From: Balanoglossus misakiensis
Lineage: Eukaryota > Animalia > Hemichordata
Length of the DNA: 64,000 bases
Assembly: GCA_040954595.2 (NCBI GenBank)
Contig: CM082577.2
Location: forward strand, 19,318,303-19,382,302
Direction of reading: 5' to 3'
Shown here: positions 13,074 to 26,742 of the stretch, one piece after another
How positions within the stretch are numbered: position 1 is the first letter of the stretch
How the letters are laid out: every line of letters begins with the position of its first letter
Made by a program: the position numbers and the translations under genes
The notes under the pieces: generated by a model
What the model saw: the letters and a program-made list of their open reading frames with translations, nothing else
What the model was told of the DNA's origin: nothing
The model's database searches: none

Positions 13074-14199
13074 TCGTTCCCATCTGGATTCGAACGATAA
13101 TGTTGATCTAAATGTTACCATACTTGCACATTTGGTTTGCCAAGTTGTTCCTTATCTTACTTCAGTTTCGGCGCCCAGTTGTTGATGTTGCGGTAAATTC
13201 AAAGAGGTTATATCGAGATTGATTACAATACTAACAGTGGGGTATTACGGGTGTCGTAAGAGGATCGTCTTACACTTCACATTGCTTGCTAAAGCAAGAC
13301 TTTTATCTACGCGTGCGTGTCCAGTCCTTCCCTTTTGCTCTCTGTCTTCGAACTGCTAGGTCAGTCAGTTCTCGTTCCATGACAATTTTTGCTTTAGTCA
13401 GAGTGTCTAGTTTTTCACCAAGTACATCGCGGCGGTTTTCTATGGTCGGTCCATCAGTCGGCTTCAGTTTGTTGACTTCCGGTCCCCTTTCATCTTGAGC
13501 GTACTGCAATTTAGTTCGCGTTCTTTTACTCGCAATAGAATGACTCTGTGGAGTACAGTGATCGATCTCAGAATCACCAGAATGTGAACGTTTTATGGAT
13601 GGCGAGGTACCGTCGAGAACGAACAATTTCACGTTGAGTGTTCCTCCCTTTTTAGATGCGTTGTCGTCAATAAGTTGTCTGAATCTGTTTGTCGTCGGAA
13701 GGTCAATTCTTTGCCCTTCATAATCCATGACTTGCAGACGAAGTGAGACCATCCTTCGCAGATACGGAGTATCACTAGTGATTCTGTTTTCGAAGTCGCT
13801 ATAAGACATACTGTGAAAGTCCTCGTCAGAAATGAAGACTGGCACAATCCGCGTTTGAGAATAATAGGAAAACTCAACCTTGAACATATACTCGGCCATG
13901 TTGAACCGACAGCGACTAAACACGTTGGATTTGCAGTATTCCCGCGAAACTTTTACCACACACAGGGCTATTAAATAAAGTCAGGGTAGCGCCAATCAGT
14001 TGACTCGTTTTATTGTCTTATTTAAACAAACTGGCGAAGCATCCTACCGGGTAAGAAACCATTAATCCTGTTTGTGTTTGCCGCAAAGCATATAAACTGT
14101 ACAACAACTGTAGCAAAGTTGGAATCAACTTCACAAACCAATTACACAAGTGTGATAACATTTAGATCAACATTATCGTTCGAATCCAGATGGGAACGA
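13074..14199. mobile_element. 1.1-kb TIR element carrying one ORF
   Basis: ~44-bp perfect TIR TCGTTCCCATCTGGATTCGAACGATAATGTTGATCTAAATGTTA, extending imperfectly to ~80 bp; no clear TSD. Confidence 0.85.
13303..13899 (-). CDS. Transposon-borne 198-aa hypothetical protein, PB1/ubiquitin-like N-terminus and coiled-coil C-terminus (tentative)
   Basis: Uninterrupted ORF, ATG in caacATGG context; MAEYMFKVEFSYYSQTRIVPVFISDEDF...LRLQVMDYEGQRIDL looks like a beta-grasp fold with an OPCA-like acidic motif. Confidence 0.5.
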   Translation of the reverse strand: MAEYMFKVEFSYYSQTRIVPVFISDEDFHSMSYSDFENRITSDTPYLRRMVSLRLQVMDYEGQRIDLPTTNRFRQLIDDNASKKGGTLNVKLFVLDGTSPSIKRSHSGDSEIDHCTPQSHSIASKRTRTKLQYAQDERGPEVNKLKPTDGPTIENRRDVLGEKLDTLTKAKIVMERELTDLAVRRQRAKGKDWTRTRR

Positions 14200-14202
14200 C
14201 CG

Positions 14203-14325
14203 TAAGCAATAAAACATCCCCAGCCATGGTATACCACGAGATTTTGACCAGTTCATGACATATATGCACGAGCGATAGTGAGTGCGTATATGGAGTTGAA
14301 CTGGTCAAAATCGAGTTGATATGCA
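14203..14325 (-). mobile_element. Crypton-like terminal hairpin fragment
   Basis: TAAGCAATAAAAC followed by the stem GATTTTGACCAGTTC...GAACTGGTCAAAATC with CGAG/CGAG mismatches. Confidence 0.5.
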
Positions 14326-14542
14326 TTATGTCATTTGTTTACATTCTGTTGCACGATCGACGCCGACAGTCACACATTAATCAGATCAAATCATCAATAT
14401 TACTAAGATATATCTCCAAATAAAGCTCTACAACATGCAACGATTACGGGAGATGATGGGATTCGGTAGCGGCATCACCATAGGACGTACACACACTGCA
14501 AGTGCAACACCAGTCACTGACACTGCACCAGAAAAAATTTAA

Positions 14543-14837
14543 GGTGGCATTGCATGAAACCGTCGAGGCCTGTTTCTCATCAAAGACAACGTTAAAACCC
14601 CCATAAACCATATATATTCTGGAAGCTGAGTTTTTGAACTTTTGTTTGAGATGCCATTTGCATTGTTGACACCTATTTGTTAAGCTGTGAACTCATTCAG
14701 AAAAGTGCTATTTTTGGGTGATTATGCACAATTTCCGCCAAGACGTATTAGTCATGATGTGGGTCAGTATTAGACCTAACGATTTATATAAAACAGTAAA
14801 ATTTGGCAAAAATCACAACTTTTCATGCAATGCCACC
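14543..14837. mobile_element. Kolobok-like MITE
   Basis: TTAA on both sides; TIR GGTGGCATTGCATGAAA / TTTCATGCAATGCCACC. Confidence 0.8.
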
Positions 14838-15922
14838 TTAACTCAGAAAGTAGCAATGACAACTTTCGAATCTCGCGCAATAAACACAAAACTAGATCCG
14901 GATATTGAACGCGTCTTCCAAATATGGTCACCGGGCCAGCGCCGCATAGGCAAAAAAAGTGCACGGATGTGAGGGCGCTTTTCCCCATAGACTTTATATG
15001 GGCACGTGAATATAGGCATATGATAAAAAAGTTTATCTACCATTTAGCTAAATGGACAAGTATATTTTAGTTGACACCCATTCAAATCACACACACGAAT
15101 TGACGACATGGCACAATATTTTTGAATGATTTGTTTTTTTAATAGTACATTTATATGAAAATGAAATATAAAAAAATACAAATGGCATATGAACAAACTG
15201 ACATTACAACATGGTTTCATAAATTTTCTTGAAACATACAAACTATATTCAAAAAACCTTCAAAATCACTCTCATCAGAGTCCCACAAAAAACTTTGCAT
15301 TGCTGCCTCAAATTCGCCGGCGCTATAAGTACTGGCAACACTGCCGATGCCGTTGTCACTGATCTGCCTTGCTTAGGACACTCTGCAGTCTGGTGTTCAG
15401 TTGACCTGCTTTGATCGCGTGTCCCATTCTGCCCATACCACAGCACTCTCAATCCATTACCGCATAACTGCCGATGTCATAAACAGTAATTCTATATAAC
15501 GGCCCACCCCTAAATAACCGCCCGTAGGCGCCTTTTTGGGTGGGCGAACTCTCAGCAAAATCCGGTACCAAACCTACAGGTGTGTACATGTATGTGTTAA
15601 TGCCATATGCTGGAAGGGCAGTGACAGCAAGAAAAAAAGGGCTATGGTTTCAAATCCTACCTTACTTAGAAATGATGTCGCCACTCCTGAAAACCTTTTT
15701 GCTGTCACAGTGTCAGTAATGTCATGTCATTCAAATACATGTACAGCCAATTCTGACTGTTAAGATAGCATCACAAAAACTTAAAGTTGCACATTGACCG
15801 TTGCACCTGTTTTGATTACATCTTGAAATAAATAAGAATAAACCATCCCTTAACATGTCAAGAATTGCCCTGCTCATGGATTCAGTCCAAATTGCCGTTT
15901 TAACAAAGTTTGGCTCCAGAGA

Positions 15923-18900
15923 GGTAGAGTTGACTTTTCAGAGCCCTCTGAAGTTTCAGAACCTCAGAACCCGGACCTCAGAATTCTTTTTGACCTCGGA
16001 TATAACCCCAAAATTTACCTGTATAATTGAATATAACGATTCCAAACAGGTGTAATGTTGCCAAAATTATTCCCGCAGAAAATACGACGTACTACATTGT
16101 ATGGCAAGTGCGAGATCGATCGTGACTGCCTATTACCCGCCATATTTGTTTGGATTTGCCAGTCATTCAATTTTATGACTTTTTGACAAACTTTGTGTCC
16201 TCACACACTGCGCTTATTCTCCTTCCATTAGGATTATTACTATAGATTTGCTGTATGTCAAATGCGTATATATTTCTTGCTAAAAATTCACAAATAAGCA
16301 GTTAAATTCCAAAACAAGACAAAACAATAATATGTAAACATGAATAATAGACAAAACAATAAATACATACATACATAATATGTAAACATGAATAATAGCA
16401 AATCACTTTTGATAAAAAATAATCTAGGCAAGGAAAAGTTTCAGAAGAAAGTTTTCTTGTTATAATAGCCACATCATATCTGCATGATCAATATTACCAC
16501 AATGAGATATAATCCCCGCACAAATAAATCATAATGTTGCTCTTCCCACCTGGCGGTGAAAGATCACCGCAAGTGAAGGAACTTTATTATCTAGTATTTA
16601 GGGCACAAGCCAAGCAGGCTTGTGCCCTATTGGTATTACTGGGGTTTTTCATCTTTAGGGCCCAAGCGCATGCAGCGCTTGGGCCCTATTGTTTTTACTG
16701 GGATTTTTCTTCTACTTTTTAGGGCCCAAGCCCAGCAGGCTTGGGCCCTATTGGTATTACTGGCTTTTTTTAGGGCCCAAGCGCACGCAAGCGCTTGGGC
16801 CCTATTGGTTTCGTTGGAATTTTTCTTTCTTTCTTTCTTTCTTTATTCTTGTGTCAATTCTTTGGGCAACGAGATCTCAGACACCGCTGCAGGTACACTT
16901 CTCAAACTTGCTACAGTGGTCAAGGTCAATGAGTAGATGTGCAGTGACTTGTGAATACTTAATTAGTCACGTGACCTGGCGGCCATATTGGATTTTCTGA
17001 AAAAAATCAAATCTCAGATCTCAGAAACTACAAGTCAGATCGACTTCAAATTTGGCATGCAGGTAGACTACCTTCTACCCATCATTTGTGTAATTGGAAA
17101 TTTTGCTGTCAATGTTGCAGTTTTTTTGCTACAGTTGTTTTTCTCAAATCTGGCTTAAATTTCAAAAATCTTCTTCTCCAGAACCAGTGATAACCGAGAC
17201 ACGGGGTTTGGGGTATGTGGTCACCTAACTGATGTCTATCAAGTTTGCGAAGATCATTGTGATTGGTCGAAGATTATGGCGGCCATATTGGATTTTCGAA
17301 AAACCATAGTAAAACTGCAAAAATCTTCTTCTCCAGAACGACCGATGACTGAGTCGCAAGATTCGGGGAGTATGGTCACTACACTGATGTCTATCAAGTT
17401 TGCAAAGAGCATTGTGATTGGTCGAAGATTATGGCGGCCATATTGGATTTTGTAAAAAGCAGTGAAAAATTGAAATTCCTTTTTCTAGTCTAAAAATTGA
17501 TAGCATACAAATTCTTTTTATGGATATCAGTCGTCATGTGACTAAAATATGCTACAATTTTTTGGTGATTTTTCACATGACCTTTGACCTACTTATCATG
17601 CGTTATTATTTCTGCATATCTAATTCCAGGCTAACCTATAGGGCTAGAGGTTTTGTTTTTGATGAATGTGGATTAGTGTGTGATCAAAATATTTTGCTAC
17701 TTTTCATGACCCCTTTGACCTCTGCTGACCTCATTAATTATGTGCATAGCTAATTTCAGGCGAACCAATAGAGCTAGAGGTTTGATTTTTGTTGGACATG
17801 GACCAGTATGGGATCAAAATTTTTGCCCAAATTTTGGGTGACCTCTGGTGACCTTTGACCTACTTTCGCATATCTCAGCATCCAGAGCAGATACAGCCAT
17901 GGCACTTGGCAGGATGGGACCTAAATGTAAAGCCAAATTTTTGGCTCACCTGTGACACCTGCTGACCTCATTAAATATGCACATACCTAATTACACGCGA
18001 ACCAATAGAGCTAGAGTTTTGGTTTTTGTTGGACATGGCCCAGCATGGGTCAAAATATTTTGCCCAAATGTTGGATGACCTCAGGTGACCTTTGACCTAC
18101 TTTACCCTATTTCAGCAGCAAAAATACATACGCCCTTGTTATGTCATGAGATAATACACCCGATAGAAAATTATGTTTCTTCTCATTCATACTGTGCATA
18201 TATAATTCAAGATCAGCGCTTGGGCCCGACAATGCTGCTTGCAGCTTTAATCTTCTACTTCTTCTTCTTTTTCTTCTTCTGTCGTTTTCTTTGGCGAGGT
18301 AGATCTGGAAAACTGCTAAACCTAACAATTTCAAACTTGGCACAATGGTGCAGGCCAATGAGAGCTAGTGCAGTACCCTTGTGAATGTTAAATTAGTCAC
18401 GTGACCTGATGACCATATATGGGCAAAATTTCCAAATCGGCCTTATTTGCATATGAATGGAGATATCAAAATTCTTTTAGCAACTTTTGCGGACCATGTG
18501 GTCAGTGTCCTACATGCCAAATGTCAAGGCCATTGGCCATTCCAATTTTGAGAAGAAGATTTTTAAGTATTATTTTTCATATTTTTTACCAAGCCATGGG
18601 CCTATACTTTCCATAGTAAAGCCATGACCACATATTAGTTTGGATAAATATGCATACATATCTCAAAATCTGTTAGGCCAATCATCTCCAACTTTGGTGT
18701 GCAGCTAGCCTAGCATTTGTCAATAATTTTAAGCGAAAAAAAATAGTATGAAAAATCGACCGATTTTTTTATATTAATTTTTTTATTAAATAATACCTTT
18801 ACTTATACCTCTATGGTTAAGCTATGTCCATGTCTTATTGTAGAATTCTGGTCTGTGCAATAGTCCTGTACAGTGACAGTCTATTGGTCGGTGAGCACAA

Positions 18901-21900
18901 TGGCACCAAAATAAAAGGCACAATTTTAGGCTCACCTGTAACACCTGCTTAACTCAGTAATTATGTGCATACCTAATTCTGGGCTAACTAAGAGGGCTAG
19001 AGGTTTCGTTCTTGTGGGACATGGACCAGTATAGGGTCAAAATTTCTTGCCCAAATTTTGGGTGACCTCAGGTGACCTTTGACCTACTTTCCTATATCTT
19101 GGCATCCAGAGCAGGTACAGACATGGCGTTTGGAGGGTTGGGACTAAAATTGAAAAGGCAACACTGGGGGTCACCTGTGACACCTGCCTACCTCATTAAT
19201 TATGTACATACCTAATTCCAGGCTAACCAATAGGGGTATAGGTTTGGTTTTTGTTGAACATGGACCAGTATAGGGTCAAAATTTCTTGCCCAAATTTTGC
19301 ATGACCTCAGGTGACCTTTGACCTACTTTACCAGATCTTGGCATCCAGAGCAGGTACAGACTTGGCGTTTGGAGGGTTGGGACTAAAATTGGAAAGCCAA
19401 ATTGGGGGTCACCTGTGACACCTGCCTACCTCATTAATTATGTGCATAACTAATTCCAGGCTAACCAATAGGGCTATAGGTTTGGTTTTTGATGAACATG
19501 GACCAGTAAAGGGTCAAAATTTCTCGCCCAAATTTTTGCATGACCTCAGGTGACCTTGACATATTTTTCCATATCCAGAGCAGATATGCTTATTGCTATG
19601 TTGCTATGTGCTATGTTGGCTTGGGCCCGCTATTGCTGCTTGCAGCTATATTTTCTTCTACTTCTTCTTCTTCTTCTTTTTCTTCTTCTTCTGTCGTTTT
19701 TTTCGGCCAGCTACATCTGGAAAACGGCTAAACCTAACAATTTCAAACTTGGCACAATGGTGCAGGCCAATGAGAGCTAGTGCAGTACCCTTGTGAATGT
19801 TTAATTAGTCACGTGACCTGATGACCATATATGGGCAAAATTTTGAAATCTGCCTTATTTGCATATGAATGGAGGTATCAAAATTCTTTTAGCAACTTTT
19901 GCGGACCATGTGGTCAGTGTACTACATGCCAAATGTCAAGGCCATTAGCCATGCCAATTTTGAGAAGAAGATTTTTAAGTATTATTTTCCATATTTTTTG
20001 ACCAAGCCATGGGCCTATACTTTCCATAGTACAGCTATGACCACATATTATTTTGGATAAATATGCATACATATCTCAAAATCTGTTAGGCCGATCATCT
20101 CCAACTTCGGTGTGCAGCTAGCCTAGCATTTGTCAATAATTTTAAGCGGAAAAAATATGAAAAATCGACTGATTTTTTTATATTATTTTTTTTATTAAAT
20201 TTATACCTTTACTTATACCTCTATGGTTAAGCTACGTCAATGTCTTATTGTGGAATTCTGGTCTGTGCAATAGTCCTGTACAGTGACTGTCTGTTGGTCA
20301 GTGAGCACAATGGCACCAAAATAAAAGGCAAAATTTTAGGCTCACCTGTAACACCTGCTTAACTCATTAATTATGTGCATACCTAATTCTGGGCTAACTA
20401 AGAGGGCTAGAGGTTTCGTTCTTGTGGGACATGGACCAGTATAGGGTCAAAATTTCTTGCCCAAATTTTGGGTGACCTCAGGTGACCTCTGACCTACTTT
20501 CCTATATCTCGGCATCCAGAGCAGGTACAGACTTGGCGTTTGGAGGGTTGGGACTAAAATTGAAAAGGCAAAATGGGGACACCTGTGACACCTGTATATC
20601 TCATTAATTATGTGCATACCTAATTCCAGGCTAACCAATAGGGCTATAGGTTTGGTTTTTGTTGAACATGGACCAGTATAGGTTCAAAATTTCTTGCCCA
20701 AATTTTGCTTGACTTTAGGTGACCTTTGACCTACTTTACCAGATCTTGGCATCCAGAGCAGGTACAGACTTGGCGTTTGGAGGGTTGGGACTAAAATTGA
20801 AAAGCCGAAATTGGGGATCACCTGTGACACCTGCCTACCTCATTAATTATGTGCATACCTAATTCCAGGCTAACCAATAGGGCTATAGGTTTGGTTTTTG
20901 TTGAACATGGACCAGTATAGGGTCAAAATTTCTTGCCCAAATTTTGCATGAACTCAGGTGACCTTTGACCTACTTTACCATATCTTGGCATCCAGAGCAG
21001 ATATGCTTATAGCTGTGTTGCTATGTGCTATGTTGGCTTGGGCCCGCTATTGCTGCTTGCAGCTATCTTTTTTTTTTTTTTTTCTTGTGTAGTTTTTTTG
21101 CTCAGGTAGATCTTGAAAACGGCTGAACCTACAAATCTCAAACTTGGCACAATGGTGCAGGTCTATGAGAGCTGGTGCAGTATCCCTGTGAATGTTTAAT
21201 TAGTCATGTGACCTGATGACCATATATGGGCAAAGTTTTCAAATGGGCCTAATTTGCATATGAATGGAGATATCAAAATTCTTTTAGCGATTTTTGCAGA
21301 CCATGTGGTCAGTGTCCTACATGCCAAATGTCAAGGCTGTGGGCCAAGTCTATTTTGAGAAGAAGATTTTTTTATTTTTCATATTTTTAAACCCAGCCAT
21401 GGGCCTATACTTTCTATAGTTAAGCTATGGCGCTATGTCAACGTCGGCTGTGCAATGGTCCTGTACAGTGACTCTCTATTGGCCCGTGAGCAGAATGGGA
21501 CCACAATAAAAGGCAAAATTTTGGGCTCACCTGTAACACCTGCTTAACTCATTAATTATGTGCATACCTAATTCCAGGCTAACTAATAAGGCTAGAGGTT
21601 TTGTTCTTGTGGGACATGGATCAGTATGGCATCCAAATTTTTTGCCCAAATTTTGGGTGACCTCAGGTGACCTTTGACCTACTTTCCTATATCTCGGCAT
21701 CCACAGCAGGTACTGACTTGGCGTTTGGAGGGTTGTGACTAAAATTGAAAAGACAAAATTAGGGGTCACCTGTGACACCTGCTTATCTCATTAATTATGT
21801 GCATACCTAATTCCAGGCTAGCCAATAGGGCTAGAGGTTTGATTTTTGTTGAACATGGACCAGTATAGGGTTAAAATTTCTTGCCCAATTTTGGGTGACC

Positions 21901-22772
21901 TCAGGTGACCTTTGACCTACTTTACCATATCTCGGCAACCAGCGCAGATACAGCCTTGGCATTTGGAGGCATGGAACTCCTAATGAAGCCTTATACTTTA
22001 CCCCATTAATTATGTGCATATCTAATTCTAGGCGAACCAATAGGGTTAGAGGCCTGATTTTTGTTGGACCTGGACTGGTATGGGGTCAAAATTTTTTGCT
22101 AAACTTTCGGATGGCCTCAGGTGACCTTTGACCTACTTTCCTATATCTCGGCATCCAGAACAGGTACAGCATTTGTGTTTGGATGGATCGAACTATTGAT
22201 AGAGTCTTACACTTTACATCATTAATTATGCGCATATCTAATTTCAGACAAACCAATAGGGCTAGAGGTCTGGTTTCTGTTGGACCTGGACTAGTATGGG
22301 GGTCAAAACTTTTTGCCCAATTTTTGGGTGACCACATATGACCTTTGACCTTCGGCTTAAGCTTGTGCCCGTCATCGCTGCTTGCAGCTATATTTATTTA
22401 TTGTTTTTTAGTTTGTCGTGTGCTACAAAAAAAAATTATATTTGCAAGGAAATAAGAAAACGAAATGGTGAATCGGAATCCTTGGCTTAATCTGAATCTG
22501 AAATCGACATAAACTTCAAAAACAAATATGGCGGGTAATAGGCAGTCACGATCGATCTCGCACTTGCCATACAATGTAGTACGTAGTATTTTCTGCGGGA
22601 ATAATTTTGGGAACACTACACCTATTTGTAATCGTTATATTTATTATACAGGTAAATGTTGGGGTTATATCCGAGGTCAAAAAGAATTCTGAGGTCCGGG
22701 TTCTGAGGTTCTGAAACTTCAGAGGGCTCTGAGGGGCTCTGACTCAGAGGGCTCTGAAAAGTCAACTCTACC
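15923..22772. mobile_element. MULE-like long-TIR element hosting HINE nest 1
   Basis: 10-bp TSD GCTCCAGAGA (15913-15922, 22773-22782); ~230-bp TIRs beginning GGTAGAGTTGAC. Confidence 0.85.
16597..22392 (+). mobile_element. HINE-like nest 1: four stacked heads, then four bodies
   Basis: Heads at ~16597, 16655, 16718, 16770; GCTGCTTGCAGCT ends at ~18248, 19650, 21066, 22392; bodies carry ~239-bp repeats. Confidence 0.85.
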
Positions 22773-23125
22773 GCTCCAGAGAAGAGTTCAATTGTAACAA
22801 ACTGTTTTGAATTTACCATTATGTACAATGGACAATCATTCTTTATTTATTTTGATGCGATTTCAGCTGTTGGCGTCATCTACACAGTGGATGTGATAAA
22901 TATATAAACATTGCATAGAGCTAAGCACCTCATGACAGGCTTTAGATGACATGAGTGATCAGTGAGCTCTATTATGATGAACAGCAAATTATTTGATAAC
23001 TCTGGAAATCTGTTGGACAAATACAAGTCAAACCAATATTAATTTGTCAATTGTTATGTTAACATAAAGATTCCCCAGATGATACATTTGTCTTGCTAAA
23101 TCCTAAACTGTGATTTTTCTATCAG

Positions 23126-23238
23126 GATCAAAAGTGCTGGCAAGGCTTTCAGACTTATTTTACGACAAGGTGGTGTCCGGGGTCTCTGGAAAGGCTGGGT
23201 CCCCAATGTACAGAGAGCGGCTTTAGTTAACCTGGGAG
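23126..23238 (+). CDS. SLC25A27: UCP4-like carrier, exon C (113 bp)
   Basis: ttctatcAG / GTatgt; IKSAGKAFRLILRQGGVRGLWKGWVPNVQRAALVNLG, typical UCP4 WVPN.QRAALVN motif. Confidence 0.95.
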
Positions 23239-23744
23239 GTATGTCACTCTAAATCACATTTGTTCAAATCATGACAGAATCTGTAATACAGTGAAACCTG
23301 TTACGTGTTTCGGTTCTTGTTCTGTGTGATTTATGTACACACGACAGAGTCGTACTGTCTTTAGAACAACACAGTCTGGTCGCAAGGAGGGTCATTAAGC
23401 AGCAGGGGATTATGCAATGCAAACACTTGAACTGGCCAGTAACGTTTGAATTCCTCATTTGCATACAGTTTTTCAATTTTTTTCAGAACGAAAGTTTAGC
23501 AACTTGCAACCCATTTCTGACAATTATTTCACCCCAGGCACATTACTGGTACTATGAGTGTACTACATGTGATTTTTCATGAAGTTTCATCAAGAAGAAT
23601 TTCTTTACTTCCACTGACAAAATTGTGATCACGAAATTCAAAGTGACCTTGAAGTTAAAAAAAAAAAATATCTGCCATACCCACACAAAAATTAACCCCC
23701 TCAGGTTTTAGAAACATTATTAAACTCTTCTATTCATTATTTTG

Positions 23745-24732
23745 AATTATATTATAGCTTTATCAATACCAGTGAATTTTGTGACGTCATAGCTATACAT
23801 TATTACTGATAATGTATCGTGTTATTCGATGGACGCGCGACGCACCCAAGAACCAGTGGACGTGTACAATTTAAGACAATGCGAACATTTAGAGGGCTAA
23901 AAAAAGAAATGCAAACGTACACAGAATAAATACGGCGATATTTATTAATTTCCAAATCTGTCCTCGACTGGCGTTTTGTTTATTTTGTCTTCCTACGGCT
24001 GCAGTACATGTCGTCTGCTCTTGAATCACGCGCAGTCAACATGGCTCGCTCACGCACGTAAAGCAAACCTCTCGATGATGCTGGATTTGACATTCGTTCA
24101 CCATACATACCATGTACCATGTACCAAGCAGTCATGTCAACGAAGCTATACGTAAAAAAAAATTATGCCGCAAGTGTCACTGTCATGTTGTCTACGCGGT
24201 ACGAAGGGTCGATCGAGGGCGAGTTTGTTTATGTATTGCAACCTTCCGAGCGCCCGTATACGTGAACTTTCCTGAGAACGCAAACGAATTCAAATATTCC
24301 CCGAGTCCTCCCCAAGATTACACAAAAATCGAAACTTTTTCTGATATATTTCAGCAGAACCCTTAAATGAATTTTCACATGCGTTAATAAACCTTCATTA
24401 TTTATTTCCTGATGTTTGAATATGATACTAGAAATGTACAGTACACTGATACACCGCGATCAGGTGACCTTTTGTTTACGCGTACGCCATTGCTCTGTTC
24501 TCGATCTCCGTGTCCGAGTCTGAATTGTTCGCACCTATACTTTTTGAAGTCTGCAAATTCACTGGCATTGACAAAACTATAAAATAATGAGAATAATGAA
24601 CGCCCCAAAGACCCATAATGGACTCAAGCACACATTGTGCTCCATAATATACTCGGCTTCGCCTCGTATATTATGACGCACAATGTGTGCTTTCGTCCAT
24701 TATGGGTCTTTGGGGCGTTCATTATTCTCTAA
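23745..24732 (+). mobile_element. Crypton-like hairpin element
   Basis: Inverted pair ~23751-23780 / ~24555-24585, then a ~140-bp terminal hairpin 24588-24729 centred on CTCGGCTTCGCCTCG. Confidence 0.6.
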
Positions 24733-24944
24733 ATGAATATATCCATGCCGTAGGTCAAGGACCACAATTTACAGTGCCATAGTAGACAGTGACAGGTCAG
24801 TCAGCGTGGGGATAGTGAATTGACTCCGTATGTAATATGCTAATGAGAGTTAACTTAGCGTTGAAAAGGAAGCCATTACCTCATAGGTCAACATGCCTTG
24901 ACTTAGTTCAGTGGTATACATATGGTATACTATGGGGTGCCATA

Positions 24945-25170
24945 TATCACTCATGATATATATATAATACACTTAATTTTTTTTTATTTATAAATAATTA
25001 ATTATATATAAATAATTATGTACATCACTCATGATATATATATAATACACTTACATTTTTATTATTTATAAATAATTAATTATATATAAATAATTATGTA
25101 CATCACTCATGATATATATATAATAGACTGACACTGACATTGTTTATAAATAATTTATTATATATAAATA
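24945..25170. repeat. AT-rich minisatellite (about three units of ~78 bp)
   Basis: Repeated ATCACTCATGATATATATATAATA...TTTATAAATAATTAATTATATATAAATAA. Confidence 0.75.
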
Positions 25171-25694
25171 AAAGAGCATAAAATACATTTTATGTATATA
25201 ATTGAATCAACTTGAAATTATTTATAAATAAATTGTCAGGACTTAAATGGTTTGCAAATCTATAATTACATACATATAAGTATGTTAAATAACGACTTTT
25301 GAACAAATAATTTAGCTAAATAATAAGTTAACACATGGCACCCCATAGTATTCACGGCTCTACTCGTCGAGGCGAAGGCAATTTTTACACCGTCATTACT
25401 CCACAACGGAGCGGCTCACAACATTATAATTTCACGGTAACTTAGTTCAATATCTTCCTAACCTATACAATTTTTTTTCAAGACAAGAAATCTTTTCCGT
25501 GAGTCAGGGACCACAATTTCAATCAACATACCGAAACTGTCTTTCTCGGGAACGCGTCGTTAAAACTTCACGAAAAATCATCCTATCATTGACTGTGGTG
25601 TTTCATACACGTCTTAGAAAAATGGATGCACTACGATCACTTGTAGTCCCGAAAATCTCCGTTTGAAATTTTTTCGAACCGGCCGTAACTGCCA

Positions 25695-26107
25695 TAGCCT
25701 GGAGACACAGGCGTTGATTTAGAATCTAGAATACAACGCCCGGGGACAGTCGATAAATTTCCCGCTGAGCTGAAAGATAGTAGCCCTGGCAACGATCAGG
25801 GTCGCTTAGTAACGAATGGATAACGAGTGATCTATCAAATGTTGACGGGCGCCAGTGGTTGGATGATATAATTAACGTACCTTGGTAAACCACTCCCACA
25901 TCCCGTCGCGGGAATTTCACACATGACTCCACCTCTATTTCCTTATTTAGAATGCGATGATGTCATTTGGTTTACATTGAGTGACCAATTAGCTTACACA
26001 CAAGATTTACCACCCGTGTCGTTCTGCGCACAGCATTCGGGGCGTAAATAGAGATTGTCCCCGGGCGCTCCTTTTCCCCTACTACGCACGCCTGTGTCTC
26101 GGGGCTA
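25695..26107. mobile_element. AcademH-like MITE; inverted truncated copy at 31738-32100
   Basis: Termini TAGCC...GGCTA, TIR TAGCCTGGAGACACAGGCGT; perfect 9-bp TSD TAACTGCCA (25686-25694, 26108-26116). Confidence 0.8.
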
Positions 26108-26742
26108 TAACTGCCACTCAGTGACGTTCACATTCAAAAAGATCTCTTTGATCTCGCCGCCTTAATGACCCTCCCTGCGACCAGACTGAACACGTTTAAT
26201 TAACTACAAACTGACAGCGGCCATGCTGACCTGAGCAAAGTACAGCTCAAAGTACAGCTCAACACCCATGCGCAAATATCAACATGTAAACTGTATGGTG
26301 AATGTCACGTGACTGCTATCAACAAATACTGCAGTCTGTATTGTAGTTTCCTGCTCACTGCGGGGTGACACAACTCACGGGACGACCGTAGTGTGATTGA
26401 ATTGCTTTATTCAATGGGCTCCATGTGCATAGGCGGGAAGCCATTACAATCAGTGTTGAACCCTGCTTAACATAACAGGAAGTCACATACAACTAGTAAC
26501 TAGAGGGCACTAGACCGCCAACATCTCCCCTCCTTTAATGGATACTGTAATGTAATGTTCTTTGAGTTCAGTTCTGGTATCCAATGTTCATTATGAGGGA
26601 AATATTCCTCATTTTGTATGGAACATTAGTTTAACACAAAAAGAACAATAAAGTTTATTGTGAAGTTTGGGTGGACTACCAAGACTTCACTGCAGGTTTC
26701 CAGGGATTATTCTGCCCTTTCGGGAAATAACCTGCTATCAAG

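Larger units (their letters stand above)
23372..26188. mobile_element. 2.8-kb TIR element with 4-bp TSD (Academ- or Sola-like)
   Basis: 28-bp TIR CAGTCTGGTCGCA(A/G)GGAGGGTCATTAAG; TSD AACA; the empty site GAACAACACGTTT is visible in the other LTR at ~50731-50743. Confidence 0.85.
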
